This document shows, piece by piece, positions 17,965 to 27,987 of a stretch of DNA of 64,000 nucleotides. Under the pieces are notes generated by a model that had not been told where the DNA came from, searched no databases, and worked only from the letters and a program-made list of their open reading frames with translations. Origin of the DNA: Bacteroidales bacterium (GTDB lineage: Bacteria > Bacteroidota > Bacteroidia > Bacteroidales > UBA932); the NCBI GenBank assembly GCA_041654355.1, contig JBAZDQ010000007.1:3258-67257 (forward strand). The letters run 5' to 3'. The number at the start of each line of letters is the position of its first letter. Positions within the stretch are counted from its first letter, which is position 1. The position numbers and the translations under genes are program-made.

Positions 17965-20040
17965 ATGAGAAAATTTTCATGTTTAATACTGGTAGGATTG
18001 TTGATCATTGTATACGGATGTTCTCCGTCTGTTTCCAGAAAACCGTTTTTTGATGCTCTGGAACCGACAACAATTCTTACTCTGGAACAGGATACGACAC
18101 TTATCCTGGTACGGGATTTTTTCCCGTCGGCTGATCTGGTTGAAAAAACCGATTCCCCGCATCTGAAGGTTATCCCTCATCCAGGATACGATACCGTAAT
18201 GGTGGTTCTCCGGGAAGACACCCCTCTTATGACTGTGCTTAACGTACAAATAGAAGGACAGACCGGACACATCCCTGTCAGGAAAAAAGTTCCTGTTTCC
18301 GAAAAAGCACCCCGGTTGGCTGTGTTTCCACCGTTACCGGATACCGATGCTTTGTTTACGTTAGAAGCAGAGAACACACCGGCTACTTTGTATGTTTTTT
18401 GGCAAAACAGTTTGGTTCAAACCGTTCATATTACGGATTCCTACAATGTTATGTTACCCGGTTTTACCGCTTTGCAGGACCGTTCCTGGATCAGGGCCTG
18501 GGCAGTAAACGACCACGGCATTTCCAACGACTTGCTGATCCCTTTGGAAAAAGGCCGGCCTGTTACCAGTCCCGATAAGCTTGAGCGGAAAGACAAACAC
18601 ACCCTGATCATGTACCAGGTTTTTATAGACCGTTTCTTTAACGGAAATCCGGCGAACGACCGTAAGATCAACTCTCCGGAAGTGCTCCCCAAAGTGGATT
18701 ATTACGGAGGCGATCTGTACGGAGTCATCAGCAAAATCGACGAAGGCTTTTTCAAAGACCTGGGGATCAACACTATATGGCTTTCTCCCATAACGCAGAA
18801 CCCTTATGATGCCTGGGGCCGTATAGAAGATCCTAAAACGCGATTCAGCGGATACCACGGCTACTGGCCCTTGTACATCACTAAAGTAGATAGCCGTTTT
18901 GGTAACGACAGTATCCTTACCCGTTTGCTTGATCAGGCGCACGGGAACAATATGAATGTGATCCTGGACCATGTAGCTAACCATATGCATCAGGCTGCAC
19001 CCACGTTGAAAGAACATCCGGACTGGGTCACCTCCCCGGTAACGCCTGACGGACGGCCCAATTTTGAGCTTTGGGATGAATTCCGCCTGACCACCTGGTT
19101 TGACAAACACATACCAAAATTCAATTTTTCCCGCCCCGAAGTTTGCGAGGCTTTATCTGACTCGGCACTTTACTGGCTGGAAAATTTCAATCTGGACGGA
19201 TTCCGTCACGATGCTACCAAACACATAGACGAATTGTTCTGGCGTACCTTAACCCGGAAGATCGTTAAGAATTATCCGGAAAGAACTGTTTTCCAGATAG
19301 GGGAGACGTACGGTTCTCCTTCCCTGATAAACAGTTATGTAAAAAAAGGCATGCTGGACGGGCAATTTGATTTCAACCTCTATCACACCTTTTTAAACAC
19401 TACGGTGAATACTGACGGCTCTTTTGTAGATTTGTGGAATGAACTGCAATCGGGACTTATGCAATACGGATACCACAACCTTATGGGCAACATAAGCGGT
19501 AACCACGACAAAGCCAGGTACATCTCACTTGCCGGTGGAGCGCTGGCTATGGATGAAGACCACAAGCTGGCAGGGTGGAAGCGGGATATTGGCACCGGCT
19601 CCGACATTGGCTACGAATACCTGGCTATGCTCCATGCCTTTAATATGACATTGCCGGGCATACCCTGTATTTATTATGGCGATGAGATTGGCATGCCGGG
19701 CGCCAACGATCCGGACAACCGCAGGATGATGGTATTTGACGGCTATACACCCATGCAGATCCGTTTGAAAGAACGTGTAAAAAGACTTACCTCATTGAGA
19801 AACAACAATATGGCACTTCTTTACGGAGACCTTTTCCCCTTATACGTAGATCAGGATGTCCTGGCCTACGTGCGCATTTATATGGATCAGGTAGTGGCCG
19901 TATGTATTAATAAAGGAGACGATCTCTTTGACTTTCGTTCCCTGGAGCTGCCTTTCGGTCTGAAAACTGATGATCTGGTACCTTACATGGGAGAAACCAT
20001 GGTCGCTTCTAAAGGATTTACCATATTGAAGAATGAATGA
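17965..20040 (+). CDS. GH13 alpha-amylase/neopullulanase-like lipoprotein with a ~210-aa N-terminal domain of unknown type
   Basis: Lipobox IVYGC. GH13 regions VILDHVANH, GFRHDATKH, QIGETYG and GNHDKAR. The ATG at 17965 was chosen because the track TTG at 17938 overlaps the previous gene. Confidence 0.85.
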   Translation: MRKFSCLILVGLLIIVYGCSPSVSRKPFFDALEPTTILTLEQDTTLILVRDFFPSADLVEKTDSPHLKVIPHPGYDTVMVVLREDTPLMTVLNVQIEGQTGHIPVRKKVPVSEKAPRLAVFPPLPDTDALFTLEAENTPATLYVFWQNSLVQTVHITDSYNVMLPGFTALQDRSWIRAWAVNDHGISNDLLIPLEKGRPVTSPDKLERKDKHTLIMYQVFIDRFFNGNPANDRKINSPEVLPKVDYYGGDLYGVISKIDEGFFKDLGINTIWLSPITQNPYDAWGRIEDPKTRFSGYHGYWPLYITKVDSRFGNDSILTRLLDQAHGNNMNVILDHVANHMHQAAPTLKEHPDWVTSPVTPDGRPNFELWDEFRLTTWFDKHIPKFNFSRPEVCEALSDSALYWLENFNLDGFRHDATKHIDELFWRTLTRKIVKNYPERTVFQIGETYGSPSLINSYVKKGMLDGQFDFNLYHTFLNTTVNTDGSFVDLWNELQSGLMQYGYHNLMGNISGNHDKARYISLAGGALAMDEDHKLAGWKRDIGTGSDIGYEYLAMLHAFNMTLPGIPCIYYGDEIGMPGANDPDNRRMMVFDGYTPMQIRLKERVKRLTSLRNNNMALLYGDLFPLYVDQDVLAYVRIYMDQVVAVCINKGDDLFDFRSLELPFGLKTDDLVPYMGETMVASKGFTILKNE

Positions 20041-20053
20041 TAAAACCGGAATT

Positions 20054-21394
20054 ATGAAACATACTCTATTAATAATAATCTTTATGACAGTTATCGCAGG
20101 AGGTTGCTCGCAACAGAAAGAAAAGGAAATCCATCCCGGATGGATCCGAAATGCAGCAATATACGAAGTGAACACAAGACAGATTACCCCGGAAGGAACT
20201 TTCAATGCTTTCGCGGCTATGTTGCCGGAATTACAGGAGATGGGAATAGACGTGTTATGGTTTATGCCCATATATCCCATAGGACAGGAAGGCCGGAAAG
20301 GTACGCTGGGTTCGTATTATTCCATTCGTGATTACGGAGCCGTAAATCCGGAATTCGGGACCCTGGAAGATTTCCGCAATCTGGTAGACCGGGCCCATGA
20401 GCTGGATATGAAAGTCATCCTGGACTGGGTTGCTGCACATACTTCACGCGATGCCGTATGGCTGGATAAGCAAGACTGGTACATCCGCAGACCCGACGGG
20501 AAACCCGAATTCCTATACGATTGGTCCGACGTGGCGCGGCTGAACTACGAAAACGGGGAAATGCGGGAAGCCATGCTGGAAAAGATGCGTTTCTGGACCG
20601 AGGATGTAGGGGTTGACGGATTTCGCTGTGATATGGCCGATTTGACCCCTGTTGATTTCTGGAACCACGCCGTTCCCGAACTGCGGCACCACCGTCCCGG
20701 AATTTTTATGCTCGCCGAGTCCGAGAACCCCGTGAACACAGAGAAGGCCTTTAATGCGTATTATGCATGGAAACTGCATCACACCATGAACAGTGTTGCC
20801 GGGGGCGAAAAGAACGCCGACAGCATCCGCAAGTGCCTCAATGACATGCATCGCGACTTTGGTCCCAATGCTATTCCACTCCTCTTTACATCCAACCACG
20901 ATGAAAATTCCTGGAGCGGCACAGAATTTGAACGCATGGGAGAGGCCGTGCACCAGATGGCTGCACTGACCTTTGTTTTACCCGGTATTCCCCTGATATA
21001 CACAGGCCAGGAAAAAGGCAATACAAAACGCCTGGAATTTTTTGAAAAAGACACCCTGCAACCGCATAACAGCGCGGAATTCACGGCATTTTACAAAAAC
21101 CTGATAGCACTGCGGAAAAAACATCCTGCTTTGCAGGTCCCTCCTTACGGAGGTGTCCTGAAGGAAATACCTCACGACGGCCCTTCCAATATTTTTGCAT
21201 TTGTAAGGGAAGCTGAAGGAAACAAAGTCCTGTCACTGTTCAATTTTTCTGACAGCCCGGTATCTTTCACCCTTACCGGATCACAGACAGACGGGAGCTA
21301 CCTGGATTGTTACACCGGCCAGGAATATGAAATAAGCAACAACCTAATATGGGAAATGGAACCTCACGGTTTTCATATCCTAACCTTAAAATAG
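20054..21394 (+). CDS. GH13 alpha-amylase family lipoprotein (compact, catalytic domain only)
   Basis: Lipobox IAGGC. GH13 regions VILDWVAAH, GFRCDMADL, MLAESEN and TSNHDEN. Confidence 0.85.
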   Translation: MKHTLLIIIFMTVIAGGCSQQKEKEIHPGWIRNAAIYEVNTRQITPEGTFNAFAAMLPELQEMGIDVLWFMPIYPIGQEGRKGTLGSYYSIRDYGAVNPEFGTLEDFRNLVDRAHELDMKVILDWVAAHTSRDAVWLDKQDWYIRRPDGKPEFLYDWSDVARLNYENGEMREAMLEKMRFWTEDVGVDGFRCDMADLTPVDFWNHAVPELRHHRPGIFMLAESENPVNTEKAFNAYYAWKLHHTMNSVAGGEKNADSIRKCLNDMHRDFGPNAIPLLFTSNHDENSWSGTEFERMGEAVHQMAALTFVLPGIPLIYTGQEKGNTKRLEFFEKDTLQPHNSAEFTAFYKNLIALRKKHPALQVPPYGGVLKEIPHDGPSNIFAFVREAEGNKVLSLFNFSDSPVSFTLTGSQTDGSYLDCYTGQEYEISNNLIWEMEPHGFHILTLK

Positions 21395-21398
21395 TATT

Positions 21399-23237
21399 AT
21401 GAAACGAATTTTCCTGTTATTCCTTTTAATCCCGGCAATGATAACCGCAGCCAGTGCCATGAAATATGAAAAACCGTCAGTAGAAAGGATAGAACCGCCT
21501 TGTTGGTGGACCGGAATGGAGACGCCGTTGCAATTGATGATAAACGGTCCCGGCCTGGGAAAAGGTACAGTAAACAGTATTACCCCCGGAATGGAGATCG
21601 CCGGAGTACATAAAGCAGACAGTCCCAATTATTTGTTTCTGGACGTAATAATCCCTGCCGGTACCCGGGCTGGTGAATATACACTGGAATGGACCGACGG
21701 GAAAGATAAAATACGTTTCAATTACACATTGAATGAAAGAGAATCCGGATCGTCTGCTCGCCGGGGCCTGGATCCTTCCGATGTCTTGTACCTGTTGATG
21801 CCGGACCGTTTTGTGAACGGGGATCCCTCAAACGATTCTGTTGAGGAAACCGCTGAAAAAGCCGGTTACGGGCATGATTACGGCCGGAAAGGGGGAGACC
21901 TTCAAGGAATGCGAATGAGCCTGGATTACTTGCATAAACTTGGTATTACAGCCGTATGGCCTACTCCCGTAACTTTCGATGACGAACCGCGTGCTTCTTA
22001 TCACGGTTATGCCTGTGCCGATTATTACCGGATTGATCCCCGTTTTGGTACCAATGAGTTGTACAGGGAACTGGTCCTGGAAGCCGCTCAGAAAGGAATA
22101 TCTTTTATCCAGGATATAGTACCCAATCACTGCGGAACGGCCCACTGGTGGATGGAAGACTTGCCTTTCAAAGATTGGATCAACGTCTTTGACACCTATA
22201 CCAAATCCAATTTTTCCATGACTACCCATATGGATCCCCATGCTGCACAAGCGGATAAAGATCTTTGCGTACAGGGCTGGTTCGATACTTCCATGGCGGA
22301 CATGAACCTGACAAATCCCTTTATTTTACACTATTTTATTCAAGTTTCCGTATGGTGGATGGAATACGCATCACTGGCCGGTGTGCGCATAGATACATAT
22401 CCCTATTCGGATGAAAAGGCCATTTCTGCTTATACGGCTGCTTTGCGCAAAGAATACCCCGATGCGACGGTTGTGGCCGAATGCTGGTTCAACCATCCCC
22501 AACAGGTTGCTTACTGGGAACGGGGTCCCCGGCCCGGCGGCCCTACTGTAATGGATTTCCCGCTCCAGGGCGAGATTACCCGGGCTTTCATGGAAGATAG
22601 CGATCCCCAGTGGGGACAGGGAATGGTACGTCTTTACAACATGATTGCCAACGATTTCGTTTATAAAAACCCCAATGAATTGTTGATCTTTGCCGAGAAT
22701 CACGACACCAACCGCATGTACGAAATGTTGGGGAGAAATCCCGAGAAACTGAAAATGGCGTACACTTTCCTGGCAACCACCCGGGGTATCCCGCAAATAT
22801 ACTACGGGACAGAGGTGTTGATGGCAGCAAAAGATCCCAAACGCCTGGGTCACGGCGAGGAAAGGGTACCCATGCCTGCACGCGTTCTGACTCCTGAAGG
22901 AAGGGATCCCCTGGAAGAAAACGTTTACAATTACATCTCCCGTTTGTTGACCTGGAGAAAATCCTCAAAAACGGTTCAATACGGAAAATTGCTACATTAC
23001 CTGCCCCGTTACGAGGAAAACATGTACGTTTATTTCAGAATTCTGGATAATGAATGCGTTATGGTATTGATCAATAACGGGAGAGAACCGGTTGCTTTGG
23101 AGTGGGAGCGTTACACACAGGGGCTGGGCGATGCCGTTAAGGGAACAGAAGTATTGAGCGGAGCCGAAATTACAGTTGGGCAACCTTTAAAAGTACCTGC
23201 ACAAACCGCAATTTTCTTTACCTTTGCGGGTATATGA
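21399..23237 (+). CDS. SusA-like periplasmic neopullulanase/cyclomaltodextrinase (GH13) with N-terminal Cyc-maltodext_N-type domain
   Basis: Signal peptide. The N-terminal domain begins IEPPCWWTGM. GH13 regions FIQDIVPNH, GVRIDTYPY, VVAECW and AENHDTNR. Confidence 0.85.
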   Translation: MKRIFLLFLLIPAMITAASAMKYEKPSVERIEPPCWWTGMETPLQLMINGPGLGKGTVNSITPGMEIAGVHKADSPNYLFLDVIIPAGTRAGEYTLEWTDGKDKIRFNYTLNERESGSSARRGLDPSDVLYLLMPDRFVNGDPSNDSVEETAEKAGYGHDYGRKGGDLQGMRMSLDYLHKLGITAVWPTPVTFDDEPRASYHGYACADYYRIDPRFGTNELYRELVLEAAQKGISFIQDIVPNHCGTAHWWMEDLPFKDWINVFDTYTKSNFSMTTHMDPHAAQADKDLCVQGWFDTSMADMNLTNPFILHYFIQVSVWWMEYASLAGVRIDTYPYSDEKAISAYTAALRKEYPDATVVAECWFNHPQQVAYWERGPRPGGPTVMDFPLQGEITRAFMEDSDPQWGQGMVRLYNMIANDFVYKNPNELLIFAENHDTNRMYEMLGRNPEKLKMAYTFLATTRGIPQIYYGTEVLMAAKDPKRLGHGEERVPMPARVLTPEGRDPLEENVYNYISRLLTWRKSSKTVQYGKLLHYLPRYEENMYVYFRILDNECVMVLINNGREPVALEWERYTQGLGDAVKGTEVLSGAEITVGQPLKVPAQTAIFFTFAGI

Positions 23238-23854
23238 GATTTGCGCTAACCTTTGTCTGTATCCTGTTATTGTTAGCCGGTTGTTCCGGACCTTCCGCCG
23301 GGAGGATTCCCAGGGAAGATTTCCAATTGGTTTTAAGGGAAATGTTCCTGACAGACCTTATCCTGGAACGTGACGGAACACTGGGCCGTCTGGCCGATTC
23401 CACGCTGGTATATCCTCCCATTTTGGAAAAACACGGATATACTACCGAACAGTTTCTGGCCACATTGGATCATTACGCAAGCCGTCCGGCCCGTTTTAAA
23501 TCCTTATTGACTCAATTACGAAGGAATATCAACGCAGAACGGTCGGCGTATAACGAACAGCTTTCCTACATTGCCCGTCAAAAGGAGCTTGTTGAGCATT
23601 TTAATGCCTGGTTAAAGGATTCTGTACCCGGAATTCACGATGTAATATTCAAGCAATCCCTGCTCAGGATATTGCCGCCTGATTCCTCACAGATACAGCC
23701 CTGGCGCATGGACCGGGATTCTTTATTCAAGGATCCCGCATTACGTCTGCTGCCTGTTATTGACACGCTAACCTGCAGGGATTCAGTTCCTTTGTACCTT
23801 ACCCGTCCCAAAACCATAATACCACGTATAAGGGTCAGCATAAATCTGGATTGA
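23234..23854 (+). CDS. Lipoprotein, DUF4296-like
   Basis: Lipobox LLLAGC, with the pattern IPREDFQLVLREMFLTD...PILEKHGYTTEQFLATLDHYASRP. Its start overlaps the previous stop (ATGA). Confidence 0.5.
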   Translation: MRFALTFVCILLLLAGCSGPSAGRIPREDFQLVLREMFLTDLILERDGTLGRLADSTLVYPPILEKHGYTTEQFLATLDHYASRPARFKSLLTQLRRNINAERSAYNEQLSYIARQKELVEHFNAWLKDSVPGIHDVIFKQSLLRILPPDSSQIQPWRMDRDSLFKDPALRLLPVIDTLTCRDSVPLYLTRPKTIIPRIRVSINLD

Positions 23855-23855
23855 T

Positions 23856-24647
23856 ATGGAAAACAGGATCTTTCATAGTCCGGTTTTCGGACCGATCCAC
23901 AGCAGGCGCCTGGGCTCAAGCCTGGGAATTAACCTGATGCCGGTCGCCCGTAAAGTCTGTAATTTCGATTGCGTATATTGCGAATGCGGATGGAATCCCC
24001 AACCTGTTGCCGGTCAGCCGGATCTGAATGAACTGGTACCCTCGGCAAAGGAGGTTGCCGTTGCATTGGAGGAAAAACTGAAAAAGCTGGCTAGGGAAAT
24101 CAAATTGCCCGATGTAATTACTTTTTCCGGGAACGGAGAACCTACACTGCACAGGGATTTTCTTAAGATCATGCAGGATACCGTTGCCATTCGCGATGTC
24201 CTGAGTCCGGACTCACAAGTCTGTGTTTTGTCCAACTCGGGGACACTTCAGATCCCCGGAGTTTTTGAAGGGTTGTTGCTGGCAGATCAAAGAATCCTGA
24301 AGATAGACTCGGCAATTGAAAAGACACTGCAAAAGATCAACCGGCCGGGAAAAGGGTATTCGCTGCTCCGGACCGTGGAAGCATTGAAACGCTTTGAAGG
24401 TGATTTTACGCTCCAGACCTTGTTTTTCAGCGGGATGATAGAAGGCACTCAGGTGGACAACACCACGGAAAAGGAACTGGAAGCCTGGTACGGGCTCCTG
24501 GATGAACTGGGTCCTAAGGAGGTGATGGTATATACCCTGGACAGACCCACTCCCCTGGAAGGCTTGCAGAAATGTTCCCCGGATACACTGGAAACCATTG
24601 CCCGGGAAGTGGAAAAGAAAGGAATTAAGACGGTTGTAGCCGCATAA
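23856..24647 (+). CDS. Radical SAM protein (function not assigned)
   Basis: CX3CX2C motif CNFDCVYC near the N-terminus, followed by FSGNGEPTL (GGE-like SAM-binding motif). Confidence 0.8.
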   Translation: MENRIFHSPVFGPIHSRRLGSSLGINLMPVARKVCNFDCVYCECGWNPQPVAGQPDLNELVPSAKEVAVALEEKLKKLAREIKLPDVITFSGNGEPTLHRDFLKIMQDTVAIRDVLSPDSQVCVLSNSGTLQIPGVFEGLLLADQRILKIDSAIEKTLQKINRPGKGYSLLRTVEALKRFEGDFTLQTLFFSGMIEGTQVDNTTEKELEAWYGLLDELGPKEVMVYTLDRPTPLEGLQKCSPDTLETIAREVEKKGIKTVVAA

Positions 24648-24651
24648 AGGT

Positions 24652-25104
24652 ATGAGAACAGTAATTCAAAGGGTAACGGAAGCCTCGGTAAAAATTGAAG
24701 ATTCACTGAAAGGAAACATCGGTGCGGGTATGCTGATCCTGGCCGGATTTGAAAATGAAGACAACCGTGAAGACCTGGAATGGATGGTACGCAAGATCGC
24801 GAACCTGAGAATATTTGATGATAATCAAGGGGTTATGAATCTTTCTGTTTCGCAGGTGTCGGGTCAGTTGCTGGTGGTAAGCCAGTTTACACTTCATGCA
24901 TCTACCCGTAAAGGAAACAGGCCCTCTTACGTAAAGGCAGCAGAACCTGCCGTCGCCATTCCTCTGTATGAATCTTTCTGTAAGCTGTTACAGGAATACA
25001 CGGGAATAAAAGTTGAAACCGGGGAGTTTGGGGCTCACATGGAAGTAAATCTGGTCAACGACGGCCCGGTAACCATAATCATTGACAGTAAAAAAAGAGA
25101 ATAA
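24652..25104 (+). CDS. dtd: D-aminoacyl-tRNA deacylase
   Basis: 150 aa, starting MRTVIQRV, with the conserved motifs SQFTL, GNRPS and NDGPVT. Confidence 0.9.
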   Translation: MRTVIQRVTEASVKIEDSLKGNIGAGMLILAGFENEDNREDLEWMVRKIANLRIFDDNQGVMNLSVSQVSGQLLVVSQFTLHASTRKGNRPSYVKAAEPAVAIPLYESFCKLLQEYTGIKVETGEFGAHMEVNLVNDGPVTIIIDSKKRE

Positions 25105-25105
25105 T

Positions 25106-25879
25106 ATGGATGCGTTACTACAATGTTTCAGTTTTATTGACCTGACTACCCTGAATGCTACCGATACGGAAGCCCGTGGCAGTCTGTTTGCTCAAAACGT
25201 GAACCGCTTTGCAGAAGACTATCCGGGTATGCCTCACGTTGCGGCTATTTGTGTGTATCCCGCATTGATAGGAGCTGTAAGGGAAAACTTACAGGTTAAA
25301 GACGTGAAGATCGCTGCTGTGGGAGCCGGTTTTCCGGCATCCCAGACATTTACGCAGATCAAGGAACAGGAATGTTCCCTTTGCGTGGAACAGGGAGCCG
25401 ATGAAGTAGACGTGGTCATTTCCCTGAATTATTTCTTTGCGGGGCAATACGACAGGGTTGTGGCAGAGCTTCGCGGGATCAGGAAAGCCATGGGACCTGA
25501 CACCCATTTGAAAGTCATCCTGGAAACGGGGGCACTCAAAACAGAGGATAATATCCGGAAAGCATCTTTTCTGGCTATGGAAAACGGGGCGGATTTCATA
25601 AAGACTTCTACCGGTAAAATGGAACCTGCAGCCACTCCTTTTGCGGCTACGGTTATGTGCAAATGCATTGCGGAATATTTTCAGCAGACCGGAAAGCGGG
25701 TAGGGTTCAAGCCGGCAGGAGGAATTTCAACTTCTGCAGAAGCTCTTGAATACCATTCCATTGTAAAAGAGATACTGGGAGAGGAATGGTTGACACCTTC
25801 CCTGTTTCGCATTGGGGCCAGCCGGCTTGCCAATAATTTGTTAAAAGATATATTGTCGCAAGACGTTGCGTATTTTTAG
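25106..25879 (+). CDS. deoC: Deoxyribose-phosphate aldolase
   Basis: IDLTTLN, the Schiff-base region FIKTSTGK and GFKPAGGI. The ATG at 25106 was chosen just after the dtd stop; the track start at 25082 is a TTG. Confidence 0.85.
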   Translation: MDALLQCFSFIDLTTLNATDTEARGSLFAQNVNRFAEDYPGMPHVAAICVYPALIGAVRENLQVKDVKIAAVGAGFPASQTFTQIKEQECSLCVEQGADEVDVVISLNYFFAGQYDRVVAELRGIRKAMGPDTHLKVILETGALKTEDNIRKASFLAMENGADFIKTSTGKMEPAATPFAATVMCKCIAEYFQQTGKRVGFKPAGGISTSAEALEYHSIVKEILGEEWLTPSLFRIGASRLANNLLKDILSQDVAYF

Positions 25880-25887
25880 TTTTTGTA

Positions 25888-25895
25888 TATCTTTG
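25888..25895 (+). promoter_or_regulatory. -7 promoter box TATCTTTG upstream of tRNA-Leu
   Basis: Exact TAnnTTTG match 46 nt upstream of the tRNA 5' end. Confidence 0.5.
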
Positions 25896-25940
25896 CATTC
25901 CCTTTGAAAAACTATATGCAACGCATTTGCAGGTTTACAA

Positions 25941-26027
<87 letters not shown>

Positions 26028-26028
26028 T

Positions 26029-26062
26029 AACGCAGAATTAATTTTCTGCGTTATTTTTTTTT
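26029..26062 (+). terminator. Rho-independent terminator after tRNA-Leu
   Basis: Stem AACGCAGAA / TTCTGCGTT with a 6-nt loop, followed by a T-run. Confidence 0.7.
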
Positions 26063-26066
26063 GATC

Positions 26067-26074
26067 TATATTTG
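26067..26074 (+). promoter_or_regulatory. -7 promoter box TATATTTG for the TPR regulator gene
   Basis: Exact TAnnTTTG match 21 nt upstream of the ATG at 26095. Confidence 0.5.
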
Positions 26075-26094
26075 TTAATTTAGCCTGGTAAGCA

Positions 26095-27807
26095 ATGAGA
26101 AAATTCTTAATACCCCTGGTTTTCCTGTTTATAATGACCGGTTGTCATACCGTGCCTCCCATACATCCGTCATTGCTTACTTCTGTGGACAGTTTAATGA
26201 ATTTTAGGCCGGACAGTGCTTATAATGTTTTGAATTCCATTCCTGAAGGGGCCGTGCGCACTCGACGTGAAAGAGCCTATTACGCGTTGTTGCTGACACA
26301 GGCACGTCATAAAAACTACATTCCGTTACGTAATGATTCGCTCATCAATGTAGCCGTAAATTTTTACAAGGGCAGCCGAAACCATGAAAAATACGCCAAA
26401 GCTCTATTGTACAAAGGGATTTGTGTAGAAGAAATGAACGACCCGCAAAAGGCTATGGAAATTTACGCAGAAGCGGAAAAAATAGCCTTGCAGACCAAAG
26501 ATTACCTGACGACAGGGCTGATAAATTCCCAGATGGCGTGGCTTTATCAAAAAATATACATTGAGAATCAGGTAGATATTGACAAGTACAAACTTTCCAT
26601 GGAGTATTTCCGGTTAGCCGGTCACAAAAGAAATGAATACTCTGTGGCCAGTCTCTTAGGTCAGAAATACCGTTCCACGGCACAACTGGACAGTGCCTAC
26701 CATTATTTGCATATAGCTTTGGACCTGGCTCGTGAAATGGATGATAGCGTAGCTTTGTTCCACAATTATTCCCTATTGGCCAGTACATGCCTGATAGATG
26801 AAGATTATCCTCATGCGCGGGATATGGCGTTATATGTAATAAATAATCACGGGACAGTATCTTTTTCTTCCGAAACATATCATACGTTAAGCAGGGCTTA
26901 TGCCATGATGGGAAAAGCGGATTCTGCACGGTATTATTATGAAAATATAAAAAAAAGTTCCGATCCTAACTCCATTCATAGTCAATTAAAGACATTAACA
27001 GAAGTTCTTAAAGCGGAAAATAGATATCAGGAAGCGATACATTATTCTGAACAGTACCGAAGATTAGCAGATTCCATAATAGACGAATCCCGTCGTATGG
27101 ATCTTTACGAGATAGAGCAACGCTACAACAACCAGCGTTTGGAAAACATCAACCAACGTTTGGAGTACCGTTCCCGGATGAACCATTACATGATCGTGTT
27201 GATCAGTTTGATAGCCGTTATCGTGACCATCATCTTCTGCGTGATCATAGACCGGAAACACCAGGACATCAACGAGAAGATCTCCTTTATTGAACAATTG
27301 AAAACGGAATCGGCCCTGTACAACAATACGCTGTTGGAAAAATTGGACAAACAAAACATGGTGGAAACCCAATTGAAAGAAGTGCTTGAAAAAAGGATTC
27401 AGACCATCCGGGAACTCATAGACCTGTCTTACCGTTACGGGGGCGTGCCGGATGCTTTTGTCAAACAATTCAACAAGACCATGAACATCAACCGGCTAAG
27501 CGAAGGGGCCCTGGATGATCTGAGCGAGGTGGTGAACGCCAAATACGACGGGGTGATAGATTACCTGACAGAAAAGCATCCCGACCTGAACAACGACGAT
27601 ATCAATTTGATTGGGTTGCTGTGTTGCGGTTTTTCCGCCACGGAAATGAGCGTATTTTACAACCACGGGAACGGGAAATCCATTTATTCCCGCAAAAGAC
27701 GGTTGGCACTAAAACTGGGACTGGACGAATCGCTGGATGAATATATAGCAGAGAGTTTACAATATTGCCATACGCAAAAAGATGTCTATATGGCTGAAAA
27801 TCAATGA
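26095..27807 (+). CDS. Transmembrane one-component regulator: lipoprotein signal + extracytoplasmic TPR domain + TM helix + cytoplasmic coiled coil + LuxR-type HTH
   Basis: Lipobox IMTGC. TPR-like repeats (AKALLYKGICVEEMNDPQKAMEIYAEA etc.). TM helix MIVLISLIAVIVTIIFCVII. C-terminal HTH-like DINLIGLLCCGFSATEMSVFYNHGNGKSIYSRKRRLALKLGL. Confidence 0.7.
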   Translation: MRKFLIPLVFLFIMTGCHTVPPIHPSLLTSVDSLMNFRPDSAYNVLNSIPEGAVRTRRERAYYALLLTQARHKNYIPLRNDSLINVAVNFYKGSRNHEKYAKALLYKGICVEEMNDPQKAMEIYAEAEKIALQTKDYLTTGLINSQMAWLYQKIYIENQVDIDKYKLSMEYFRLAGHKRNEYSVASLLGQKYRSTAQLDSAYHYLHIALDLAREMDDSVALFHNYSLLASTCLIDEDYPHARDMALYVINNHGTVSFSSETYHTLSRAYAMMGKADSARYYYENIKKSSDPNSIHSQLKTLTEVLKAENRYQEAIHYSEQYRRLADSIIDESRRMDLYEIEQRYNNQRLENINQRLEYRSRMNHYMIVLISLIAVIVTIIFCVIIDRKHQDINEKISFIEQLKTESALYNNTLLEKLDKQNMVETQLKEVLEKRIQTIRELIDLSYRYGGVPDAFVKQFNKTMNINRLSEGALDDLSEVVNAKYDGVIDYLTEKHPDLNNDDINLIGLLCCGFSATEMSVFYNHGNGKSIYSRKRRLALKLGLDESLDEYIAESLQYCHTQKDVYMAENQ

Positions 27808-27957
27808 GATAATATATGTAGTTGATAATCAGTTAATTATGGCGATATTTTCACTGCTGACTTTTTATATTTGTTTCACGTTGATTATCAGGTTGTTACA
27901 AAATCAATGCTGACCATATTTTGACTTGTTTTGATGGCTTTTTTCTTGAAAAGCCGT

Positions 27958-27965
27958 TATCTTTG
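27958..27965 (+). promoter_or_regulatory. -7 promoter box TATCTTTG
   Basis: Exact TAnnTTTG match 23 nt upstream of the ATG at 27988. It is preceded by the hairpin GGCTTTT/AAAAGCC (27937-27956). Confidence 0.45.
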
Positions 27966-27987
27966 TAATGATTCAAAACATACAGCA

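Noticed and set aside
27839-27913. 24-codon ORF (MAIFSLLTFYICFTLIIRLLQNQC) upstream of the DUF3244-like gene as a possible rSAM precursor peptide
   Set aside because: It is purely hydrophobic with no leader/core organisation. It lies between the regulator stop and the downstream promoter box, and nothing supports translation. It is recorded only because the rSAM enzyme lacks an obvious substrate.
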